From positions 10,722 through 74,721 of the forward strand of contig JBKJWL010000196.1 of assembly GCA_046716885.1 (NCBI GenBank): a stretch of DNA of 64,000 nucleotides, in the 5' to 3' direction. Position numbers and translations under genes: made by a program. Shown one piece after another: positions 46,387 through 54,972 of this stretch. The notes below the pieces were generated by a model. That model did no database searches and was not told where the DNA came from. It saw only the letters and a list, made by a program, of their open reading frames with translations. The stretch is from Thermoanaerobaculia bacterium. Its GTDB lineage: Bacteria > Acidobacteriota > Thermoanaerobaculia > UBA5066 > Gp7-AA6. Position 1 is the stretch's first letter. Every line of letters begins with the position of its first letter.

Positions 46387-46412
46387 AGACGGCGCCCGGG
46401 GCGGAAGGTTTC
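46387..46412 (-). promoter_or_regulatory. Candidate ECF-type autoregulated promoter (GAAAC-N16-CGTCT)
   Basis: On the minus strand, GAAAC (46412..46408), a 16-nt spacer, then CGTCT (46391..46387), about 19 nt upstream of the sigma ATG. This resembles ECF -35/-10 consensus shapes. It is a pattern match only. Confidence 0.3.
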
Positions 46413-46544
46413 GACTCTCCCGGACTGAATCTACGGCTTTTTGCCGCCCCGGGCCATCCGTCGGCAAGGGGCCTCCGTATGATGGAGGGGGCGGGCGGAA
46501 CCGGACGGCAGCCCCGAAATCGAAGCTCGACCCCGGAGGTATCG

Positions 46545-47381
46545 ATGAAACTGCGTCTCGCGATCCCCATCCTCGCCGGTGCCGTCGCGGCCGGATGTGC
46601 GGTGAACGTCCCTCCGCCCCGGCAGGCCGCCGGGGGCCCCCCGTCCGCCGCCGACGCGGCATGGGCTCGTGTCCTGTCGCGCCACGTGGACGACCGGGGG
46701 CAAATCGACTTTGCGAGCATCGCAAAGGATCCCGCGGACCTCGACGCCTACGTCGCTTACCTCGGGTCGGTCAGCCCGAAGTCGGCGCCCGAGTCTTTCC
46801 CGACGCATGACGCGATCCTCGCCTATTACCTCAATGCCTACAACGCCCTCGCGATGTACAACGTGATCCAGGCGGGAATCCCCCCGGAGCTCGGTTCGAT
46901 CAAGACGCGGTTCTTCTACAAGAACCGCCTCCTCATGGGGGGCAAACGCATCTCGCTCTATGCCTTGGAGAATAAGCTCGTGCGGCCGATGGGGGACCCT
47001 CGCATTCACTTCGCGCTCAACTGCATGGTCCGCGGCTGCCCGCGGCTGCCGCGAAAGCCGTTCGAGCCGGCGCGCCTCGACGGGCAGCTCGACGCGGCGA
47101 CGAAGCTCTTCTTCTCGGAGGAGCGCAACGTCGAGCTGCGAGCCGAGGCGAAGGCCGTCCGCTTCTCCGAGATCCTCAGCTTCTACACGGACGACTTCCT
47201 GGCGAAGGCTCCGAGCCTCATCGCGTACGCCAACCTCTATCGCGACAAGAAGCTCCCGGCCGACTGGAAGGTCGAGTTCATCCCGTACGACTGGACGCTG
47301 AACACACGGGGTCTGACCCCCGAGCCGACCACCGAAGGCCGACCCTCGGCAGTAGTCAACGCTGGCCGTAGCCAGCGGTAA
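46545..47381 (+). CDS. DUF547 domain lipoprotein
   Basis: A GGAGG SD lies before ATG 46545. MKLRLAIPILAGAVAAGC has a lipobox. YLNAYNALAMYNVI and HFALNCMVRGCPRL are typical DUF547 motifs. Confidence 0.75.
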   Translation: MKLRLAIPILAGAVAAGCAVNVPPPRQAAGGPPSAADAAWARVLSRHVDDRGQIDFASIAKDPADLDAYVAYLGSVSPKSAPESFPTHDAILAYYLNAYNALAMYNVIQAGIPPELGSIKTRFFYKNRLLMGGKRISLYALENKLVRPMGDPRIHFALNCMVRGCPRLPRKPFEPARLDGQLDAATKLFFSEERNVELRAEAKAVRFSEILSFYTDDFLAKAPSLIAYANLYRDKKLPADWKVEFIPYDWTLNTRGLTPEPTTEGRPSAVVNAGRSQR

Positions 47382-47403
47382 CGGGTCTGACCCCAGGTCG
47401 GCG

Positions 47404-47826
47404 GTGAGGCTAATGAAGGGCGTATCCCTCGCGCTGCGCGTATTCATCGGCCTCGTCCTCCTCGCCACCGCCCTCGGGAAGCTCCTCGACGTGCGCGGCT
47501 TCGCCGCCGTGCTGGAGACCTACGAGGCCTTTCCCGAACCGGCGCTGCTTCTGCTTGCGGCGGTCGTTCCTCTTCTCGAGCTGGCTCTTGCGTTCTGGCT
47601 CTTCTCCGGGCGGAGGCTGGGTGTCGCCGCCGGGGCGTCGGCGGCGATGCACGCCGTCTACGGGGCATGGGCCGCCGCAGCCATCCTGCGCGGCCTCCAG
47701 CTCCCGAACTGCGGTTGCTTCGGCGTCTTCCTCCAGAGGCCGCTCTCCTGGACGACCGTCCTCGAGGACGCCGTCATGGTCGGCCTCTCGCTTTGGCTTC
47801 TGGTCCTCGCAAGGCGCTCGTCATGA
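47404..47826 (+). CDS. MauE/DoxX-like membrane protein
   Basis: Four TM helices, GKLLDVRGFAAVLETY and the CGCFG motif, as in MauE-family proteins. Confidence 0.7.
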   Translation: MRLMKGVSLALRVFIGLVLLATALGKLLDVRGFAAVLETYEAFPEPALLLLAAVVPLLELALAFWLFSGRRLGVAAGASAAMHAVYGAWAAAAILRGLQLPNCGCFGVFLQRPLSWTTVLEDAVMVGLSLWLLVLARRSS

Positions 47827-48422
47827 TTCGGGCGGCGCTCCTGCTGCTCGCGGCGGCGCTTCCGGAGCTCTCCTTCGAGCCATGGTTCACGGAGCGGTCC
47901 GTCACCGTTTCGATCGCGCGCGTTCCGTCGGGTGTGCCTTGGATTCGCGGCGTGGCCGAGCTGCCGGCGAGCGCCGAGAAGGTGTTCGCCGCAGTCACCG
48001 ACTACGCGGGCTACCGGAAGTTCTTCGATCCGGCCGTCGAGAAGGCCGCCGTTCTCGAGCAGGAGGAGCTCGCGGCTCGCATCCACTTCGTGTGGGCCTA
48101 CCCGTTTCCCTTGCGCAATCGTGACGGCATCGTCGCGTATCGAGGCGAGCGTCTTCCCGACGGGGCGTTTCTCCTGTCCTGGCGCGACGCCGCGCGACCG
48201 GGCGACGACGGGACGGGCGTTCGCATCGAGCGCATCGCCGGCGAGACGCGGATCGAGCCCCTCTCTCCGGACCTCTGCCGCGTCACCTACACGTATCTCG
48301 GGGATCTCGGCGGGAGTTTTCCCAAGAGTCTGGAGGAGAAGGCGTGGCGTCACGAGCCGCTCGGATACGTGCTGGCGATCCGCCGAGCCCTCGGGCTCCC
48401 GATCCCGTCGAAGAAGAGGTAG
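47823..48422 (+). CDS. START/SRPBCC-like secreted protein
   Basis: ATGA overlap with the upstream gene. Signal-like N-terminus MIRAALLLLAAALP. The pattern AVTDYAGYRKFFDP...IHFVWAYPFPLRNRD resembles lipid-binding START/SRPBCC folds (moderate certainty). Confidence 0.6.
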   Translation: MIRAALLLLAAALPELSFEPWFTERSVTVSIARVPSGVPWIRGVAELPASAEKVFAAVTDYAGYRKFFDPAVEKAAVLEQEELAARIHFVWAYPFPLRNRDGIVAYRGERLPDGAFLLSWRDAARPGDDGTGVRIERIAGETRIEPLSPDLCRVTYTYLGDLGGSFPKSLEEKAWRHEPLGYVLAIRRALGLPIPSKKR

Positions 48423-48442
48423 CCCTTGGTATAGTCGGCGGC

Positions 48443-49123
48443 TTGGAACACAAGATCGTCGATTTCCTGATCCAGCTGGCGGTCATTCTTTTCGCGATCT
48501 CGTTTCACGAGTCCGCCCACGCGCTGGCGGCCCTGAAATTCGGCGACACGACAGCTCGGGATCTGGGGCGCATCAGCCTGAACCCGATCCGCCACATCGA
48601 TCCGGTCGGGAGCATTCTCGTCCCGATCGTCCTCTACATCTTTTCGGGCCTCATCTTCGGCGCGGCCAAGCCCACGCCCGTGGATCTGCGCAAGACGAAG
48701 AACCCACGTCTCGCCAACCTCGTGGTGTCGGCCGCGGGACCCGTCTCGAATTTCCTCCTGGCCGCCTGCGGCATCCTCCTGTTCGCCGTGATTCGGCGCG
48801 TCGATCCGCAAGTCATGCAGGATCTCTTCGAGGCCCTCCGGGGCAACCGGTTCGCGGGAGGCGCGCTCGCCCCGCTCGCGTACATCCTCTATTTCTTCGT
48901 GATGGTCAACGTCATGCTGGGGGTCTTCAACCTTCTGCCCGTTCCGCCCCTCGACGGCAGCGGCGTGGTCCTCTCCCTCGTCGGGCCCCCGGCCGCCCGC
49001 GTCTACGCGACGATCGCGCCCTTCGGGTTCCTCATCCTCATCCTTTTGATCGCCACTCCGGTCCTGAGAAACGTGTTTCGCCCGATCCAGGCCATAACCC
49101 TTCGTCTGATCTTCGGGGCGTAG
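48443..49123 (+). CDS. Site-2 protease family (M50) membrane protein
   Basis: HESAHALAA zinc motif, RISLNPIRHIDPVGS, and NLLPVPPLDGS. TTG 48443 is the first start after the upstream stop. Confidence 0.8.
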   Translation: MEHKIVDFLIQLAVILFAISFHESAHALAALKFGDTTARDLGRISLNPIRHIDPVGSILVPIVLYIFSGLIFGAAKPTPVDLRKTKNPRLANLVVSAAGPVSNFLLAACGILLFAVIRRVDPQVMQDLFEALRGNRFAGGALAPLAYILYFFVMVNVMLGVFNLLPVPPLDGSGVVLSLVGPPAARVYATIAPFGFLILILLIATPVLRNVFRPIQAITLRLIFGA

Positions 49124-49126
49124 CGG

Positions 49127-50128
49127 ATGCAGGAGATCGTTCTTTCCGGCCTGCGCCCGACGGGCCGCGTCCACCTCGGGAACTACTTCGGCGCCGTCCG
49201 GAACTGGGTGGAGCTGCAGAACTCGGGCAAGTACCGCTGCTTCTTCTTCGTGGCGGACCTGCACGCCCTGACGACGGACTACGCCGACACCGCGGCTCTG
49301 GCCGCCAACACGCGGGAGGCGGTGCTCGACTGGCTGGCCGTGGGCCTCGACCCGGCGCGCGCCACGATCTTCCTGCAGTCCCGGGTGCCCCAGCACGCCG
49401 AGCTTGCCCTCTACTTCTCGATGATCACCCCGCTCGGCTGGCTGGAGCGGGTGCCTACGTACAAGGACCAGATCGGAGAGCTCCGGTCGCGCGATCTCGG
49501 AACGCACGGCTTCCTCGGCTATCCCGTGCTGATGACCGCGGACATCGCCGTCTACCGGGCGAGCCTCGTACCGGTGGGGGAGGACCAGGCGAGCCACCTC
49601 GAGATCTGCCGGGAGATCGTGAGGCGGTTCAACAACCTCTACGGCGAGGTCTTCCCCGAGCCCAAGGCGCTCTTCACGCCGACCCCGAAGGTCAACGGGA
49701 TCGACGGGCGAAAGATGTCGAAGTCGTACGGGAACACGATCGGGATCACCGAAGGAGCCGACGCGGTGGCGATCAAGGTGATGGCCATGGTCACGGACCC
49801 GGCGCGCGCCCGGCGGCAGGATCCCGGCAACCCCGACAACTGCAATCTCTTCCCGTTCCACGAGCTCTTCTCACCTCCCGACGAGGTTCGGGTCGTCGAC
49901 GACGAGTGCCGGACGGCGACCCGGGGGTGCGTGGACTGCAAGAAGCACCTGATCGGAAACCTGAACGCCGCGCTCGAGCCCTTCCGCCGCAAGCGAGAGG
50001 AGTTGCTGGCCTCGGGCTCCGACGTCGTGCGCGAGGTCCTCCGAGCGGGCGACGAGAACGCGCGCCAGGCCGCCCAAGAGACGATGGAGCGAGTGCGCGC
50101 GGCATTGAAGCTGGCGCCCGAGCCGTGA
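49127..50128 (+). CDS. trpS: Tryptophan--tRNA ligase
   Basis: HLGNY (HIGH) and KMSKS motifs with class I TrpRS length. Confidence 0.95.
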   Translation: MQEIVLSGLRPTGRVHLGNYFGAVRNWVELQNSGKYRCFFFVADLHALTTDYADTAALAANTREAVLDWLAVGLDPARATIFLQSRVPQHAELALYFSMITPLGWLERVPTYKDQIGELRSRDLGTHGFLGYPVLMTADIAVYRASLVPVGEDQASHLEICREIVRRFNNLYGEVFPEPKALFTPTPKVNGIDGRKMSKSYGNTIGITEGADAVAIKVMAMVTDPARARRQDPGNPDNCNLFPFHELFSPPDEVRVVDDECRTATRGCVDCKKHLIGNLNAALEPFRRKREELLASGSDVVREVLRAGDENARQAAQETMERVRAALKLAPEP

Positions 50129-50138
50129 GCGGGGTCGC

Positions 50139-50912
50139 GTGATGGCCGACGAGCAGCCCCAGAGCGCCCTGCCTCCAATCGACATCCCGGCCTTTTCGGG
50201 ACCGATGGATCTCCTGCTGCACCTGATCCGCATCAACGAGGTCTCGATCACCGACATCCCGATCTTCGAGATCACCGAGCAGTACACGGCATACCTCGAC
50301 GCGATGCGGGAGCTCGACCTCGACGTCGCCTCGGAGTACGTCGCGATGGCGGCCGAGCTCATCTACATCAAGTCGAAGATGCTCCTGCCGCGGGCCCCCG
50401 GGCAGGCCGAGGAGGACCCGCGCGCCGATCTCGTTGAGCGCCTCCTCGAGTACGAAAAGTTCAAGCGCTCCGCCGAGACCCTCCACGCGATCGACACGCT
50501 GCGGGGGGGCCTGTGGGCGCGGCCGGAGACCGAGGTTCCGCGGGTCGAGGGCGGGGACGAGACCCTCGAGGTCTCGCTCTTCGATCTCATCGAGGCCTTC
50601 CGCGGCGTCAGTGAAAACTACCGGCTCGCCCACCCGCCGGCGCTCGCGATCCACCACCTGCGTTTCTCCGTGAAGGACAAGATGCTCGAGCTGCTGTCCC
50701 GACTCGAGGAGAACCGCACGATGCCGCTGCTCGAGTTTCTCGGCCAGATGCGCTACCGGGCAGAGGCCGTGACCACGTTCCTGGCGTGCCTGGAGCTCAT
50801 CCGTCTCGGCGCCGTGCGCGCCTTTCAGGCGCGGCCCTTCGCCGAGATCCACGCCAGCCGGACCGAAGTGCCCTTCTCCGCCGACCAGATACGCGATAAT
50901 TACGCGGACTGA
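50139..50912 (+). CDS. scpA: Segregation and condensation protein A
   Basis: FSGPMDLLLHLIRINEVSITDIPIFEITEQY is the ScpA signature. Followed by scpB. Confidence 0.9.
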   Translation: MMADEQPQSALPPIDIPAFSGPMDLLLHLIRINEVSITDIPIFEITEQYTAYLDAMRELDLDVASEYVAMAAELIYIKSKMLLPRAPGQAEEDPRADLVERLLEYEKFKRSAETLHAIDTLRGGLWARPETEVPRVEGGDETLEVSLFDLIEAFRGVSENYRLAHPPALAIHHLRFSVKDKMLELLSRLEENRTMPLLEFLGQMRYRAEAVTTFLACLELIRLGAVRAFQARPFAEIHASRTEVPFSADQIRDNYAD

Positions 50913-50919
50913 CGAGATC

Positions 50920-51615
50920 ATGAGCGAAACGCAAGCTCCCGCCGCCGCCGAGGCGCCCGCCGCTGCCCCGCGGGAGACTTCTGCCGCGAAGATCCTGCCG
51001 GCGCTCGAGGCTCTCTTGTTCTCCTCGCCAACTCCGGTGCGCGAAAAGGACCTGGCCGATCTGCTCGAAGCAACGCCGAAGGCAGTCGCGCAGGCCCTCG
51101 AGGCGCTCGCGGAGCGCACCGACCTTCCCGAGCGCGGCGTGCGCGTCGAGAAGGTCGCGGGCGGCTGGCGGTTCGTGACACGGCCCGAGTTCGACTCGCT
51201 CCTGCGGAAGTTCCACGAGGTCACCGAGCGCAGCCGCCTGTCGCTGGCCGCGCTCGAGACCCTCGCGATCATCGCCTACCGCCAGCCGATCACGCTCCCC
51301 GAGATCCAGGATGTGCGCGGCGTGAACTCGTCGAGTGTGCTGAAGACCCTCTTCGAGAAGAAGCTCATCTCGACGGCGGGCAAGAAGCCCGTGGTCGGGA
51401 CTCCGTTTTTTTACCGTACGACGCAGGACTTCCTGGTCCGTTTCGGACTGAACGACCTCGCCGAGCTCCCGAAGCCCGAGGACCTCGACGCGGACCTCGC
51501 TGCGACTGTCGAGGCGCGGGAGATCGCGGCGGTGACCGCGGAACCGACGGCGATCCACGTCGACCCGGAGGAGGAGAGCGAGGCGGAGGCCGACGGCCCG
51601 TCCGTCGAGGAGTAG
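50920..51615 (+). CDS. scpB: Segregation and condensation protein B
   Basis: ILPALEALLFSSPTPV...LETLAIIAYRQPITLPEIQDVRGV is the ScpB signature. Confidence 0.9.
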   Translation: MSETQAPAAAEAPAAAPRETSAAKILPALEALLFSSPTPVREKDLADLLEATPKAVAQALEALAERTDLPERGVRVEKVAGGWRFVTRPEFDSLLRKFHEVTERSRLSLAALETLAIIAYRQPITLPEIQDVRGVNSSSVLKTLFEKKLISTAGKKPVVGTPFFYRTTQDFLVRFGLNDLAELPKPEDLDADLAATVEAREIAAVTAEPTAIHVDPEEESEAEADGPSVEE

Positions 51616-51617
51616 CT

Positions 51618-52367
51618 CTGGCGGCGATTCGCATTCAGAAGATCCTCTCCGGCGCCGGCCTCGCCTCGCGGCGCGCGGCCGAGGAGTGGATCCGCGAGGG
51701 TCGCGTCAGAGTCAACGGGCGCGTCGCCGGGCTCGGAGACCGCGCCGATCCCGAAAAGGACTCGATCAAGGTCGATGAGAAGCGCATCCACCCCTCGGCC
51801 GGGCCGCGCACGTACATCCTGCTGAACAAGCCGAAGGGGTTCGTGACGACCGTTTCGGATCCCGAGGGCCGCGACACCGTGCTGCACCTTCTCCCGGGGA
51901 AGCTGCGGCGCGGGGTCAAGCCGGTGGGAAGGCTGGACGTGCAGACGGAGGGGCTGCTCTTGTTGACCGACGACGGAGAGCTCGCGCGATTGGTGACGCA
52001 TCCCTCCACGGGCTGCCCGAAGGAATACATGGTCAAGGTCGCGGGGGAGCCTCCCGAGGCGCGGTTGGAGAAGCTGCGCCGCGGCGTTTTTCTGGACGGC
52101 GCGAAGACGCACCCCTGCGAGATCGCCCGCGTCTCCGGCACACCCCGAAAGGGGGAGGTCGAGGGAAACACGTGGTTTCGGGTGACCCTCCGGGAAGGCC
52201 GCACGCGCCAGATCCGGCGGATGTTCGAGTCGATCGGCCACCCCGTCTCGAAGCTGAGACGTGTGGCGATCGGCCCCATCCGCGATCGGGCGCTGACCCC
52301 CGGCGCGTACCGTCGTTTGAGCGAGGAGGAGGTCGCCGCGCTGCGAAGGCTCGGGAGCAAGCCCTGA
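51618..52367 (+). CDS. rluB: Pseudouridine synthase, RluB/RsuA family (non-canonical start)
   Basis: Catalytic VGRLDVQTEGLLLLTDDGELA. The S4 domain (IRIQKILSGAGLASRRAAEEWIREGRVRVNG) is encoded upstream of the track's GTG 51843. CTG 51618 lies 2 nt after the scpB TAG. Confidence 0.85.
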   Translation: MAAIRIQKILSGAGLASRRAAEEWIREGRVRVNGRVAGLGDRADPEKDSIKVDEKRIHPSAGPRTYILLNKPKGFVTTVSDPEGRDTVLHLLPGKLRRGVKPVGRLDVQTEGLLLLTDDGELARLVTHPSTGCPKEYMVKVAGEPPEARLEKLRRGVFLDGAKTHPCEIARVSGTPRKGEVEGNTWFRVTLREGRTRQIRRMFESIGHPVSKLRRVAIGPIRDRALTPGAYRRLSEEEVAALRRLGSKP

Positions 52368-53041
52368 GCGGTCCGCTCGTCGTAGCGATCGACGGCCCGT
52401 CGGGGGCCGGCAAGTCGACCGTCGCCCGAGCCCTCGCCGCGCGGCTGGGCGTCCCCTACATCGACACCGGAGCCATGTATCGGGCCGTGGGCCTCGCGGC
52501 GGAGCGTTGGGGCATCACGCTTCCGATCGGCGATCCCGAAGAGGTTGCCCGCATCGCGGGGTCGGTCCGCGTCGAGCTCATCCCGTCGCCGGAGGGGAAC
52601 CACGTTCTCCTCGATGGGGCCGACGTCTCGGCGGAGATCCGCAGGCCCGAGATCTCCCTTTACGCGTCCGCCGTCTCGGCCATCCCGGCGGTGCGCCGGA
52701 TCCTGGTGGCACAGCAGCAGCGCCTCGGCCGGGAACGGGGCGGCGTGCTGGAGGGTCGGGACATCGGGACCAAGGTCTTCCCGGAGACGCCCCACAAGTT
52801 TTTTCTGACCGCCGACCCGGCCGTGCGCGGGGACCGACGCGCGCGGGAGCTGGCGGCCCGGGGAACCCCTCAGACCCTCGAAGAGGTCCTCCGAGACATG
52901 GAAAAGCGCGACCGGGACGACGCGACTCGCGCCGATTCCCCCTTGACGGCCGACGACCGTTACACTCTCATCGACTCCACCGGCAAGCCGATCGAGGCCG
53001 TCGTCGCCGAGATCGAGGGGAATGTACGCCTGAGCATTTGA
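52364..53041 (+). CDS. cmk: Cytidylate kinase (probable CTG start)
   Basis: P-loop VVAIDGPSGAGKST starts 6 codons after CTG 52364, which overlaps the rluB TGA (CTGA). No ATG/GTG/TTG lies between them. The track's 52172 start would overlap rluB by 196 nt. cmk-rpsA synteny supports the call. Confidence 0.9.
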   Translation: MSGPLVVAIDGPSGAGKSTVARALAARLGVPYIDTGAMYRAVGLAAERWGITLPIGDPEEVARIAGSVRVELIPSPEGNHVLLDGADVSAEIRRPEISLYASAVSAIPAVRRILVAQQQRLGRERGGVLEGRDIGTKVFPETPHKFFLTADPAVRGDRRARELAARGTPQTLEEVLRDMEKRDRDDATRADSPLTADDRYTLIDSTGKPIEAVVAEIEGNVRLSI

Positions 53042-53112
53042 CTCGGCTTTGCCCGGCAACATAGGATATTGCTTTGCGTCTCAGCGACTTATGAGAGGGG
53101 AACCCTTGTCCC

Positions 53113-54918
53113 ATGCCGGGTGAAAATCGTAAAGGAGGTCGGGAAACCGAACCGATGGAAACCGAACAGGAACTGACACCCCAGGAGTACGAGCACCTTC
53201 TGGCTCAGTACGAGAATTCGTTTAAGAACCTTCAGGAGGGGCAGATCATCCGGGGTCGAGTTCTGGCGATTACCCCTTCGGAGGTCATCGTCGACATCGG
53301 CTACAAATCGGAGGGCATCATCCCGCTCTCCGAGTTCACGGATTTCTCAGGCCAGGTCACGATCAAGCAGGGCGATCCCGTCGACGTCCTTCTCGAGCGC
53401 ACGGAGGACCAGAACGGCTACGTCGTTTTGTCCAAGGACAAGGCCGAGAAGATGAAGGTCTGGGACGATGTCGAGAAGTCCTTCCGCTCGGGCTCGACCG
53501 TCCGGGGCCGGGTGATCGATCGGATCAAGGGAGGCCTCGCCGTCGACATCGGTGTGAAGGCCTTCCTGCCCGGGTCGCTGGTCGACGTCAAGCCCGTCAA
53601 GAACCTCGAGGCTCTGCGCGGCAAGGACCTCGATTTCAAAGTCATCTCGGTCGACAAGAAGCGCGGCAACATCGTGCTCTCGCGTAAAGCCGTCGTGGAG
53701 GTCGAGCAGGAGGCCCGCAAGAAGGAAACCTTGCAGCTGCTCGAAGAGGGCCGCGTTCTGCGCGGCACGGTCAAGAACCTGACCGACTACGGCGCTTTTG
53801 TGGACCTCGGCGGCCTGGACGGCCTGCTCCACGTGACCGACATGTCGTGGGGCCGCGTGAACCATCCGTCGGATCTCGTGAAGGTCGCCGACGAGATCGA
53901 AGTGGTCGTGCTCAAGTTCGACCGTGAGACCGAGCGCGTGTCTCTCGGCACCAAGCAGCTGACCGAGGACCCCTGGGCGCACGTGCCCGAGAAGTACCCT
54001 GCGGGCTCCCGCGTGACCGGGCGCATCACGAACGTCACCGACTACGGCGCGTTCGTGGAGCTCGAGGACGGCGTCGAGGGCCTCGTCCACGTTTCCGAGA
54101 TGTCCTGGTCGAAAAAGATCAAGAACCCGTCGAAGGTCGTGTCGCCCGGCGACACGGTCGAGGCGGTCGTCTCGGACGTCAACCCGGAGGCTCGGCGCAT
54201 CTCGCTGTCGCTCAAGGACACGCTTCCCGATCCGTGGGAGAGCGTGGCCCAGAAGTACGCGGTCGGAAGCCGGGTCGCGGGCAAGGTCCGCAACCTGACG
54301 GACTTCGGCGCGTTCGTGGAGCTCGAGGAGGGCATCGACGGTCTCGTCCACGTCTCCGACATGTCCTGGACGCGCCGCATCAAGCACCCGTCCGAGGTGC
54401 TCAAGAAAGGCGATGACGTCGAGGCCCTCATCACGTCGATCGACCAGGACAACCGGCGTATTTCGCTCTCGATCAAGGAGTTCCAGCCCAATGACTGGCA
54501 GGGTTTCAAAGAGAAGCATCAGCCCGGCGACATCGTCGACGGCATCGTGACCCGGGTGGCGGACTTCGGCGTCTTCATCCAGATCGAGGGCATGGTCGAA
54601 GGCCTGATGCACGTCTCCGAGACGCCGCTGGCCCGCGGGCAGAAACCCCAGGAGCACTACAAAGACGGCGACACGGTTCGCGCGCGGATCCTGCGGATCG
54701 AGGACGTCGAGATGAAGGTCGGGCTGTCCGGCGTCCACCTCGACGAGGCCGCCGCGCCCGCGCAGGCGGAAACGGCGGAGCCGGCAGTCGGGGCCGCTCC
54801 GGAGGCCGTTGCGGACGCCGCCCCGGCCGAGCCGGCGGCGCAGGCCGCACCCAAGAAGAAGCGGACCCGCAAGAAGGCGGACGAAACCCCGAAGGCGGAC
54901 GAAACCCCGAAGGAGTAG
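53113..54918 (+). CDS. rpsA: 30S ribosomal protein S1
   Basis: Six S1 (OB) repeats (G..V.G.V...TDYGAFV.L..G+.GL+H+S+MSW). The start could be ATG 53155. The C-terminus contains an exact 18-nt tandem duplication. Confidence 0.95.
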   Translation: MPGENRKGGRETEPMETEQELTPQEYEHLLAQYENSFKNLQEGQIIRGRVLAITPSEVIVDIGYKSEGIIPLSEFTDFSGQVTIKQGDPVDVLLERTEDQNGYVVLSKDKAEKMKVWDDVEKSFRSGSTVRGRVIDRIKGGLAVDIGVKAFLPGSLVDVKPVKNLEALRGKDLDFKVISVDKKRGNIVLSRKAVVEVEQEARKKETLQLLEEGRVLRGTVKNLTDYGAFVDLGGLDGLLHVTDMSWGRVNHPSDLVKVADEIEVVVLKFDRETERVSLGTKQLTEDPWAHVPEKYPAGSRVTGRITNVTDYGAFVELEDGVEGLVHVSEMSWSKKIKNPSKVVSPGDTVEAVVSDVNPEARRISLSLKDTLPDPWESVAQKYAVGSRVAGKVRNLTDFGAFVELEEGIDGLVHVSDMSWTRRIKHPSEVLKKGDDVEALITSIDQDNRRISLSIKEFQPNDWQGFKEKHQPGDIVDGIVTRVADFGVFIQIEGMVEGLMHVSETPLARGQKPQEHYKDGDTVRARILRIEDVEMKVGLSGVHLDEAAAPAQAETAEPAVGAAPEAVADAAPAEPAAQAAPKKKRTRKKADETPKADETPKE

Positions 54919-54972
54919 CGGGTTGCCCGCCGGACGGGGGCTGGCCCGCCGGTGCGCGGAGGGATACGGGCG

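Noticed and set aside
52172-52363. The long form of Cmk starting at the canonical codon at 52172
   Set aside because: It would add about 64 Arg/Pro-rich residues encoded out of frame inside rluB, and Cmk proteins normally start a few residues before the P-loop. I keep it as the formal alternative to the CTG 52364 start.
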